NCBI RefSeq assembly: GCF_044704955.1
Contig: NC_091978.1
Span: 375,162,001-375,226,000, forward strand
Source: Pristiophorus japonicus
Lineage: Eukaryota
Direction of reading: 5' to 3'
DNA: 64,000 bases
Position numbers and translations under genes: made by a program. Under the pieces are notes generated by a model. It made no database searches. It was not told where the DNA came from and saw only the letters and a program-made list of their open reading frames with translations. Positions 13,501 through 25,500 of the stretch are shown here, one piece after another; position 1 is the stretch's first letter, and the number at the start of each line of letters is the position of its first letter.

Positions 13501-16500
13501 GGCCTGCTTTTTAATCTCTCCGAGTTCCCTAAACTCTGCCTGCAGGATCTCATCCCTCTTTCTACCTCTGTGATTGGTACCGATATGGACCATGACCTCT
13601 GGCTGTTTACCCTCTCCCCCCAGAATGCCCTGCAGCCGTTCGGTGACATACCTTGACCCTGGCACCAGGGAGGCAACATACCATCCTGGAGTCAGGTCTG
13701 CGGTTGCAGAAACGCCTGTCTGTTCCCCTCACTATCGAATCCCCTACCATTATAGCTCTTCCATTCTCTCCCCCCCCCCACCCCCCCCAGCAGCTGAGCC
13801 ATGGACTTGGCTCTTGGAGGTACCATCGCCCTCACCAGTACTCAGAACAGAATACTAGTTGGAGAGTGAGATGGACTCGGGGGACTCCAGCATTACCTGC
13901 CTAGTCCTTCTCTTGTGTCTGGTGGTCACCCACTCCCTCTCTGCCAGGTAAGCTGCGGGGTGACCACCTCTAGAAACGTGCTATCCACAAAATTCTTAGT
14001 CTCATTCCATGATGGAATAATCATGTATGCACTCTGGATGGAATGGGCTTGGAACCAAGTTAAATAACTCAGGATCCTCATTGCCCATGTTTTTCAGCAA
14101 TAATCATGTTCGTCCCCTCAATTTGTTCACCTAATGAGCAGAGGCCATCGGAAATGTCCAGCATAAGTATAGAAACTAGAGGCCATGTCTCACCAATACA
14201 AAAGCAAAATACTGCGGATGCTGTAACCTGAAATAAAAACGGAAAATGCTGGAAACACTCAGCGGGTCAGGCAGCATCTGTGGAGAGAGAAAGAGAGTTA
14301 ACGTTTCTGGTCGATATCCCTTCGTCAGAACTGGCAAATTCTGCTTGAAATCTTGAGATAACTAAACAGGTAGATGAGGACCATCCAGTAAATATAATTT
14401 ATTTGAATTTTCAGAAGGCATTTGATAAATTTTTGGCTCAGTTGGTAATACTCTTGCCTCTGAGTCATAAGGTTGTGGGTTCAAGGTATTGTACAATTAG
14501 GGCATTCAGATATTTAATTGGGTTATTGTATATTTAAGTGTATAATTGCACACAGTTTACAAGTGTACATTCCTGTACATAGTTAATGCACGGTGTCTGC
14601 AGGAAGAACGTATTGTCACATCCAGGTCGTGAGCAGTGCAGCTTGAGGGGCGAAGGAAGCTGTTTGGCCCTGGATTCTGGGATTATTTAGGGTTGGGCAC
14701 AGTGGGAAGGGGTCCTGAATACTGGCGATCATCTTGGTTGGAGTTGATGCCTCTCATGGCCAGTAGGTGGGTGGCTTGCTGCACTGAAGGGGGGCTTTAA
14801 GTTGAGTGGGTTCCAGACTGTGTCCTATTTCCTCTGCATTCGAAAAATGTACTGCATCAATGGTAGATCATCTAATGTGGCACCGTGAATTATTATTTTG
14901 TTTTGAAATATAGCCGAATACCCCTGCTCACTTGTCACTAATAAGAGAAGCAGCCAATTTTAAGCTGAAATATGGGCGGCAGAAGGAAGCAATCAGTGAT
15001 TTGGAGCAGCTTTGGAGGTATGCTTTCATTCTTATCTACTTGGCCTGCTACCTTCAGGGATCTGTGGACCCGCACCCCAAGGTCCCTCTGTTCCTCTACA
15101 CTTCTCAGTGTCCTACCATTTAATGTGTATTCCTTTGCCTTGTTAGACCTCCCCAAATGTGTACCTCACACATTCGGATTGAATTCCATTTGCCACTCTT
15201 CCGCCCACCTGACCAGTTCATTGATATCTTCCTGTAATCCGTAGCTTGCTTTCTTCATTATCAACCACACGGCCTATTTTAGTGTAATCTGCAAACTTCT
15301 TAATCATACCGCCAACATTCAAGTCCAAGTCATTGAAATATACCACAAAAAGCAAGGGACCCAGCACTGAGTCCTGTGGAACCCCACTGGATACAGCCTT
15401 CCAGTCACAAAAACACCCATCAACCATTACCCTTTGCTTCCTGCCTCTGAGCCAATTTTGGATCCAACTTGCCACTTTGCCCTGGATCCCATGGGCTTTT
15501 ACTTTCGTGACCAGTCTGCCATGTGGGTCCTTATCAAAAGCCTTGCTAAAATCCATATACATTACATCATACGCACTGCCCTCATCGACCCTCCTGGTTA
15601 CCTCCTCAAAAAATTCAATCAAGTTAGTCAGACACGACCTTGCCTTAATAAATCCATGCTGACTGTCCTTGATTAATCCATGTCTTTCCAAATGAAGATT
15701 TATCCTGTCTCTCCTGTCTCCAATAATTTTCCCCACTACCGAAGTTAGGCTGACTGGCCTGGAATTACTCGGTCTATCCCTTTCTCCCTTTTTAAACAAA
15801 GGTATCACATTAGCAGTCCTCTGGCACCACACCTGTCACCAGAGAGGACTGGAAAATGATGGTCAGAGCCTCTGCTATTTCCTCTTGCTTCCCTTAACAG
15901 CCCGGGATACATTTCATCTGGGCCTGGGGATTTATCCACTTTCGAAGCTGCTGAGCCCATTAATACTTCCTCTCTCACTATGTTTATCTCGTCTAATATT
16001 TCACACTCCTCCCTCATTGCAAAGTCTGCATCGCCCCTCTCTTTTGTGAAAACAGATGCAAAGTATTCATTAAGAATCATACTCACGTCTTCTGCCTCCA
16101 CACACTGATTTCCTTTAGTCTCTCTCTAATAGGTCTCACTCTTTCTTTAGTTATCCTCTTGCTCTTAATGTATTTATAAAACATCTTTGTGTTTTACCTG
16201 ATTTTACTTGCCAAATTCTTTCAAGCTCTCTCTGCTTTCCTTAGAATTGATGGGGACTGTGAGTGTGTGAGTGAGTCAGTGAATGAGTCATAATTTGTGG
16301 CATTGCTAAATGTGCAAAATTATTGTTTTCCTCCTGTGGGGAGCTGGAAAGAGGCTCCATGTTTATACCGTCACACCTCCACCAGCATATAACGTGCAAG
16401 AAGAAATCGTATATTACTGTATTCGTATTAGTTTAGAAATTTGGAATAGAACCACATTCTACTATTAAGCAGGATGCAATTAGAAGACTGGTATTTCAGC

Positions 16501-19500
16501 TCACTGGTGTCCTAATGTGTTGTGCAATAGAAATTAAAAATATTTATTGTCCTCTATTAGCCGAATAAAGATTAAACGCTCCCTTAATGGGAGGCATGGG
16601 AGATTGCAGGGTGTGTCAATCTAAGGCATTATTGTGCAATTTCTAAAGGCTCCTTCATGTTGCATTTGGACATTTCTGCCAATTCTAAATATACTGAGAA
16701 TTGAGGTGTTTAAAATGAGTGCACAGATGCATGCACCCACACAAAACAGTATGTCATGTGCCCTCTTCTGCCACCTCTATTTTAATGGATAAAATCAAGA
16801 GTACGGGTAAAAGGCAATCGTGCTTTTATTTCACAACCAGAACACTGACAGTTTTGTCTTTCTAGACAAAATCCCGAGGATGTCCGGACTTTGGCACAGC
16901 TCATCTCTGCATATTCATTGGTGGACTCAGAAAAGGCTAAGACGTATCCTTTTTACGCAGCACCGTTAACATACAGAACATCTTGTGGCAATTTGCAGAG
17001 TACTGGCAAGAGGAACCAAGCACTAACCCAAATGAGAGTTTCGATGGGGTGATTGAAGGCTGTGGACTAAAGCGTCGTTTGACATGGTTTTTAAAGGAAT
17101 AACAGTAGACGCAGAGGTCTCTGGATGAAATTTCAGACATCAAGTGACTGAAGGATATACTTGCATTGGAGGCTGTTCAGGGGTTGATTCCAGAGATGAG
17201 GGGGTTGACTTATGAGGATAGGTTGAGTAGGTTGGGACTATACACATTGGAGTTCAGAAGAATGAGAGGTGATCTTATCGAAACATATAAGATAATGAGG
17301 GGGCTCAACAAGGTGGATGCAGAGAGGATATTTCCACTCACAGGAAACTAAAATTAGGGGGTATTGTCTCAGAATAAGGGGCTGCCCATTTAAAACTGAG
17401 ATGAGAAATTTCTTCTCTGAGGGTTGTAAATCTGTGGAATTCTCTGCCCCAGAGAGCTGTGGAGGCTGGGTCATTGAATATATTTAAGGCGGAGATAGAC
17501 AGATTTTTGAGCGATAAGGGAGTGAAGGGTTATGGGGAGCGGGCAGGGAAGTGGAGCTGAGTCCATGATCAGATCAGCCATGATCTTATTAAATGGTGGA
17601 GCAGGCTCGAGGGGCCGTATGGCCGACTCCTGCTCCTATTTCTTGTATTCTTGTGAAAGGTGAGCAATGCAATGCAATGCAGCAAAAACGGGGTGGGATG
17701 CACAGCGGAGAATGTCATTTGTAAGCAAGTTATGTTCCATAATTTGGGCATATTGTTATGATTAAAAATATTGGTACGTGTTTGCTGCTGTTAGTGAGAT
17801 TGAGAAATAATTTAGCAAAAATAATAAATGAGGGTTTATTAATTTCACTTCAGTTTCCTAAACACTTTTCTGTGCAGACTTAGCAAGCACCTCCCTTCGC
17901 CTGACGCGATGTCTTTCAAAGTCGATGTTGATGCCTTAGAGAATTCACATGGTGCCACATACATAAGGAAGAAGGCTGCAAAAGTGGGAGGTGAAAGTCA
18001 ACTGAAGGAGCGTGGGTATGTGGAAAGGTCATGGAAGATGCACTTTTCTGTAAATGTAGACAGAACATACCAGTAGTTTTAGATCGAGGTTGCATTCACA
18101 CTAGAATTGTGGCACTAGTGTGAAGCTGTGTCATTGTACACTCGTGGTGCAGTCCTAGTGCAAACGTTGCCTGATTCCAGAGTGAGAACCCGACCCACCA
18201 ACACAGAATGAAGTGGAGTGAGACTGGGGGATGAAGTCATTCTGCTTCACTTTGGAGCTAACTTGGACCTTTGTACACGATTCCCACTCCCAAGTATTGG
18301 TACACAGTAGTGTGGTTTTGCACTAATGCTGGACTTCATAAAATCATAGAAACTTACAGCACGGAAGGAGGCCATTCGGCCCATCGTGTCGATGCCGGCC
18401 AACAAGAGGCTACCCAGCCTAATCCCACTTTCCAGCTCTCGGTCCTGTAGGTTATGGCACTTCTGGTGTACATCCAAGTACTTTTTAAATGTGGTGAGGG
18501 TTTCTGCCTCTACCACCCTTTCAAGCCGTGAGTTCCAGACCCCCACCATCCTCTTCGTAAATAAATTTACCCACAAATCCCCTCTAAACCTTCTACCAAT
18601 TACTTTAAATTTATGCCCCCTGGTTGTTGACCCTTTTGCTAAGGGAAATAGGTCCTTTCTATCCACTATATCTAGGTCCCTCATAATTTTATACACCTCA
18701 GTAAGGTCTCCCCTCATCCTCCTCTGTTCCAAGGAAAACGCCCGGCAACATCCTCGTAAATCTCCTCTATACTCTCTCCAGTGCAATCACAGCCTTCCTA
18801 TAGTGTGGTGACCAGAACTGCACACAGTACTTTAGCTGTGGCCCAACTAGTGTTTTATACAGTTCAAGCATAACCTCCCTAACCCCAATGCTCTTGTATT
18901 CTATGCCTCGGCCAATAAAGGCAAGTATTCCGTGTGCCTTCTTAACCACCTTGTCTACCTGGCCTGCTACTTTCAGGGATCTGTGGACATGCACTCCAAG
19001 GTCCCATTGTCCCTCTACACTTCAGTGTCCTACCATTTATTGTTTATATTCTCTTTCCTTGTTAACCCTCCCCAAATGCATTACCTCTCACTTCTCCGGA
19101 TTGAATTCCATTTGCCACTGTTCTGCCCACCTGCCCATATTGATATCTTCCTGCAGTCTACAGCTGCTTTCTTCATTATCAACCACACAGCTGATTTTAG
19201 TATCATCTGCAAGCTTCTTAATCCATACCCCCTATATTCAAGTCTAGATCATTGATGTATACAACAAAAAGCAAGGGACCCAGCACTAAGCCCTGCAGAA
19301 CCCTACTGGAAACAGCCTTCCAGTCACAAAAACACCCATCAACTTTGTTCCCTGCCTTTGAGCCAATTTTGGATCCAACTTGCCACTTTGCCCTGGATCC
19401 CATGGCTTTTACTTTTGTTACCTGTCTGCCATGTGGGACCCTATCAAAAGCCTTGCTAAAATCCATATACACTACATCAAACGCACTACCCTGATCGACC

Positions 19501-22500
19501 CTCCTTGTTACTGCCTCAAAAAATTCAATCAAGTTAGTCATTGATACGACCTTCCCATAACAAATCTGTGCTGACTGTGCTTGATAAATCCGTGCCTTTC
19601 GAAATGAAGATTTATCCTGTCCTTCAGAATTTGTCCAATAATTTTCCCACCACTGAGGTTAGGCTGTCTGGCCTGTAGTTACTCTGTCTATCCCTTTCTC
19701 CCACATTAGCAGTCCTCCAGTCCTCTGGCACCACACCTAAAGCCAAAGAGGACTGGAAAATAATGGTCAAAGCCTCTGCTATTTCCTCTTTTGCTTCGCT
19801 TAACAGCCTGGCATACATTTCATCCGGGCCTGGGGACTTATCCACTTTCAAAACTGCTAAACCCCTTAATACCTCCTCTCTCAGTATGTTTGTTTCATCT
19901 AATATTTCACACTCGTCCTCCCCAAAAGCAGTGTCTGCATCGCCCCGCTCTTCTGTGAAAACAGATGCAAAGTATTCATTCAGAGCCATACCCACGTTTC
20001 ACGCCTCCACACAGATTACCCTCATGGTCTTCAATAGGCCCTACCCTTTCTTTAGTTATCCTCTTATTCTTAATATATTTATAGAACATCTTTGGATTTT
20101 CCTCGATTTTATTTGCTAAGAATTTTTCATACTCTCTCTTTGCTTTCCTAATTTCCTTTTTATTTTCACCCCTGGACTTTCTATACTCCGAGAGATTCTG
20201 CAGTATTAGTCCTCGGTATATGTCATAAGCCTCGCATTTTGTCTTTATCCTACCCTGTATAGACCTAGATATTCAGGGGTCCTCTAGATTCGTTGGTTCC
20301 ATCCTTTTTCTTTTTTCTTTAAGGGCACATATTTGGTCTGAACCCTCCGGATCTCTTCCTTGAATGCCACCCCACTGCTCTGACACTGATTTACCTTCAA
20401 GTAGCTGTTTCCAGTCCACTATGGCTAAATCACCTCTCAGCTTAGCAAAGTTGGCTTTTCCCCAATTTAGAACTTTTATTTGTGGTCTCTCCTTGTCCTT
20501 TTCCATAACTACCTTAAATCTAACTGAATTATGGTCATTAGCATTTAACTGCTCTCCCACTGATACCCCTTCCACCTGCCCAGCTTCATTCCCTAGAACT
20601 AAATCTAGAACTGCCCCCTCCCATGTTGGGCTTGTTACATACTAGCTAAAAAAGTTCTCCTGAATGCATTTTAGGAATTCCACACCCTCTACACCCTTCA
20701 CACCAATTTTATCCCAGTTAATATTAGGGGAGTTAAAATCCTCTACTATTACTGCCCTATAGTTTTTGCACTTCTCAGAAATTTGCCTACATATATCCCT
20801 CTCACTGTTTGGGGTCTATAGTAAACTCCCAGCAGTGTGATCGGCCCATTTTTGTTTTTCAGTTCGACCCAAATGGCCTTGTTTGATGATCCCTCTAACA
20901 TATCATCCCTCCTTAACCAATACCGTGACACCCCCCCCCCATCCCTTTTTTATTCCTCTCTCTATCCTGTCTGAAAATCCTGTAACCAGGAATGTTGAGC
21001 TGCCATACCTGCCCCTCTTAGCCAGACTTGTGGGCTGTGCAGGCACTGCTTGGTTTTACATTATAGAGACTGGGGAAGGGCACTCGCATGAAGTGCAATT
21101 TGAGGTTTCATGGTTGCCTGTGGTTAACCGGCGACAGAAAATCATGGGCTGCTGCTGCCTTCAAATTCCCAGGTGATGCTCCTGGTGAGCACCGCTCTCT
21201 GCTGGGAGCTCCGGATTTCAGGGTCGCTTCTGGCTGAACCATTGCAGGAAACAATCTGAATATCAGGTGATGGTTGGACTTGCGTTTGCATCTGAGTTTG
21301 ATCGATTGGACAGTTGCATGGTGTTAAGAATATCATTTGACACTGCATCATCGATGAAAAGCCCCATTTCTCTGAAATGCCCACAGTTATGTCGTTTGGT
21401 TTCTGCACATTTAACTGGAAACATGCGAAACTAACAAACATCAAATCCTTTCGGTTTTGGTTGCACAGTTCCTACTGTCTCTGCTTCCTAATATTTTTCC
21501 TTCTCTTCTACAGACAAGGCGATACAAAGAAAAAAAAGAAGAAAAAGAAAGGTTTTTATATTGCTTGTATTTCTCTCTCAAAAATCAGCTTTGTTATTTG
21601 CTTTGTTACAATAGTTGTTATTTTAGGATGTGTGACTGGGGTAGAGCTGCCCCTGCAATGCTCTCTGTCTAACCACAGTGTGTTGAGATTGCAGTTTTAT
21701 TAATTATTGCACAACAGCCCCTTTGCCGTGGCCCCGCCCCTCCTGCCCCGCCCTGGCCCCATCCCACCGCGGCCCCACCCCTTTGCCCCAGCGCACACCC
21801 AGCCCCTCTCTTTCCTGCATATCCCTGGCCCCACCCCCTATCCCCTCCCCCACCCCCTATCCCCTCCCCCACCCACTTTCCCCTCCCCACCCACTTTCCC
21901 CTCCCCACCCACTTTCCCCTCCCCACCCACTTTCCCCTCCCCACCCACTTTCCCCTCCCCCCCCACTTTCCCCTCCCCCCCCACTTTCCCCTCCCCCCCC
22001 ACTTTCCCCTCCCCCCCACTTTCCCCTCCCCCACTTTCCCCTCCCCCCCCCCACTTTCCCCTCCCCCCCCCCACTTTCCCCTCCCCCCCCCCACTTTCCC
22101 CTCCCCCCCCCCACTTTCCCCTCCCCCCCCCACTTTCCCCTCCCCCCCCCCACTTTCCCCTCCCCCCCCCCACTTTCCCCTCCCCCACCCACTTTCCCCT
22201 CCCCCACCCACTTTCCCCTCCCCCACCCACTTTCCCCTCCCCCACCCACTTTCCCCTCCCCCACCCACTTTCCCCTCCCCCACCCACTTTCCCCTCCCCC
22301 ACCCACTTTCCCCTCCCCCACTCACCTTTCCCCTCCCCCACTCCCCTTTCCCCTCCCCCTGCCCCCTCCCTCCCCCGCCTTCTCCCCCCCCCCTCTCCCT
22401 CCCCTGCGCCATCCCTCCCGTCCCCTCCCTCCCGTCCCCTCCCTCCCGTCCCCTCGCTCCCTCCCGTCCCCTCGCTCCCTCCCGTCCCCTCGCTCCCTCC

Positions 22501-25500
22501 CGTCCCCTCGCTCCCTCCCGTCCCCTCGCTCCCTCCCGTCCCCTCGCTCCCTCCCGTCCCCTCGCTCCCTCCCGTCCCCTCGCTCCCTCCCGTCCCCTCG
22601 CTCCCTCCCGTCCCCTCGCTCCCTCCCGTCCCCTCGCTCCCTCCCGTCCCCTCGCTCCCTCCCGTCCCCTCGCTCCCTCCCGTCCCCTCGCTCCCTCCCG
22701 TCCCCTCGCTCCCTCCCGTCCCCTCGCTCCCTCCCGTCCCCTCGCTCCCTCCCGTCCCCTCGCTCCCTCCCGTCCCCTCGCTCCCTCCCGTCCCTCGCTC
22801 CCTCCGTCCCCTCGCTCCCTCCCGTCCCCTCGGTCCCTCCCGTCCCCTCGCTCCCTCCCGTCCCCTCGCTCCCTCCCGTCCCCTCGCTCCCTCCCGTCCC
22901 CTCGCTCCCTCCCGTCCCCTCGCTCCCTCCCGTCCCCTCGCTCCCTCCCGTCCCCTCGCTCCCTCCCGTCCCCTCGCTCCCTCCCGTCCCCTCGCTCCCT
23001 CCCGTCCCCTCCCTCCCTCCCGTCCCCTCCCTCCCTCCCGTCCCCTCCCTCCCGTCCCCTCCCTCCCGTCCCCTCCCTCCCGTCCCCTCCCTCCCGTCCC
23101 CTCCCTCCCGTCCCCTCTCTCCCGTCCCCTCCCTCCCGTCCCCTCTCTTCCCCCTCCCTCCCGTCCCCTCTCTTCCCCCCTCCCTCCCGTCCCCTCTCTT
23201 CCCCCCTCCCTCCCGTCCCCTCTCTCCCCTCTCCTCTCTCCCCTCTCCCTCCCGTCCCCTCTCTTCCCTTTCCCTCCCGTCCCCCCTCTCNNNNNNNNNN
23301 NNNNNNNNNNNNNNNNNNNNNNNNNNNNNNNNNNNNNNNNNNNNNNNNNNNNNNNNNNNNNNNNNNNNNNNNNNNNNNNNNNNNNNNNNNNNNNNNNNNN
23401 NNNNNNNNNNNNNNNNNNNNNNNNNNNNNNNNNNNNNNNNNNNNNNNNNNNNNNNNNNNNNNNNNNNNNNNNNNNNNNNNNNNNNNNNNNGTGGGGAGAA
23501 CATTGTCACACTGCACCGCAGGAAGGAGCTGCCCCAGTGTTCCCAGCTGGGACCCAGCAGCATTGTTGTGCTGGCCACTGAAGCCTCTTAAATGGAGAAC
23601 AATTTTGGGAGTAAAGAAACTAACCTGGAAAAGCCTGTCAATTACAACCTCAAAGTTTAAGGGGAAACAGCTAATTCGAATGTTCACAATGATTCCACTT
23701 TATTGAGCTAAACCAATAAGCACAAGGGATATCCATCATGTTCATCTTTTATTGTGTAGGTAAACTGCCCAAAAATTATGATCCCAAAGTGCCTCCAGAT
23801 CCAGAAAGATGGCTTCCCATGCGGGAACGCTCATACTATCGCGGGAGAAAGAAGGGGAAGAAGAAGGAACCAATAGGGAAAGGAACTCAAGGAGCAACAC
23901 CAAGTGCAGCGGCTGAACTGTGAGTGTTTGCCGGGCTGGGACTCTTGCAATGAACCAACAGTAAAGAATACTGTACAGTGAGTGGGTGTTTGGCAAACAA
24001 CGGGGAAGGAATCTGATAGCATTGGGGTAGTAGCCTCCTTCTGTGCTGTAAGATTCCAAGATTCTAACTGCGCACAGTTCTGATCCTTTTCTTCTATGAT
24101 TCTATGGTATTGGAGTGGCCTGTGTTTGGGGTATCTGGCCCATAACATTTAGATCCATGTTTCTGTTAATTTGCATATATCTCTAGTTGCTGCTACTAAC
24201 ATATCTTTGATAAATCCTAAATCAGAATACAATCAGTGAGGCAATAGCCCTTTCCGAACCTCCTGGCTCACAAAATTTAAACAAGACAAACCAGCAATGA
24301 GTGCAAATAGGTCTAAATTGCCTGGGATACGTGGAGGCCTCTGGCCACATGTAGCCCAAAGCGCTCAGTCTGGACGCAGTTGATGAAAAGTAAAACCATG
24401 ATACAGGGTAGTGAGCTGAGGTTACAAAGAGGGTAACTTGGCCTCTTCCAGAATTAACTGAGATCATGGAGTGATAATTGATATAGAAAGGAACAGATGA
24501 ATTTCATGTTTTACTCATACAGAACTCCATCAGAAGGGATAAGAACATAAGAATTAGGAACAGGAGTAGGACATCTAGCCCCTCGAGCCTGCTCCGCCAT
24601 TCAACAAGATCATGGCTGATCTGGCCGTGGACTCAGCTCCACTTACCCACCCGCTCCCCGTAACCCTTAATTCCCTTATTGGTTAAAAATCTATCTATCT
24701 GTGATTTGAATATATTCAATGGGCTAGCCTCAACTGCTTCCCTGGGCAGAGAATTCCACAGATTCACAACCCTCTGGGAGAAGAAATTCCTTCTCAACTC
24801 GGTTTTAAATTGGCTCCCCCGTATTTTGAGGCTGTGCCCCCTAGTTCTAGTCTCCCTGACCAGTGGGAACAACCTCTCTGCCTCTATCTTGTCTATCCCT
24901 TTCATTATTTTAAATGTTTCTATAAGATCACCCCGCATCCTTCTGAACTCCAACAAGTAAAGACCCAGTCTACTCAATCTATCATCATCAGGTAACCCCC
25001 TCATCTCCGGAATCAGCCTAGTGAATCGTCTCTGTACCCCCTCCAAAGATAGTATATCCTTCCTTAAGTAAGGTGACCAAAACTGCACACAGTACTCCAG
25101 GTGTGGCCTCACCAATACCCTGTACAGTTGCAGCAGGACCTCCCTACTTCTGTATTCCATCTCTCCCGCAATGAAGGCCAACATTCCATTCGCCTTCCTG
25201 ATTACCTGCTGCACCTGCAAACTAACTTTTTGGGATTCAGGTCCGAGGGCCTCCTCGTAGGACTGCTCCTGGGCACGGCCAAGGGTGCCATCAGCCGGAC
25301 CAGGCAGCGGGCGGTCGAGGGGGTCGTTCAGCCAGACTGCCTGCCTCTCTTCCACGCATACATCCGGTCCAGGGTGTCCTTGGAGATGGAGCACGCGGTG
25401 TCCACCGGTACGCTCGCGGCCTTCCGCGAGAGGTGGGCACCGGAGGGACCGGAGTGCATCATCACGCCCGGCAACCAAATTTTAATTTGATTTTATGTTT

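Noticed and set aside
14433-14486. tRNA gene
   Set aside because: A/B-box-like sequence is the truncated head of the SINE family at 32880; no complete cloverleaf.
15018-15027. Second U12 donor (GTATGCTTTC)
   Set aside because: G at +5 fits U2; the 3' end has a U2-like CTGAC branch and pyrimidine tract and no U12 branch motif.
21669-23687. 400-670 aa Pro/Gly/Arg-rich ORFs
   Set aside because: Translations of stop-free minisatellite plus the N gap inside an SRP72 intron.
24633-25478. 281-aa chimeric ORF as a novel fusion gene
   Set aside because: Chance in-frame join of antisense Tx1-like sequence to the CR1 ORF2 C-terminus.
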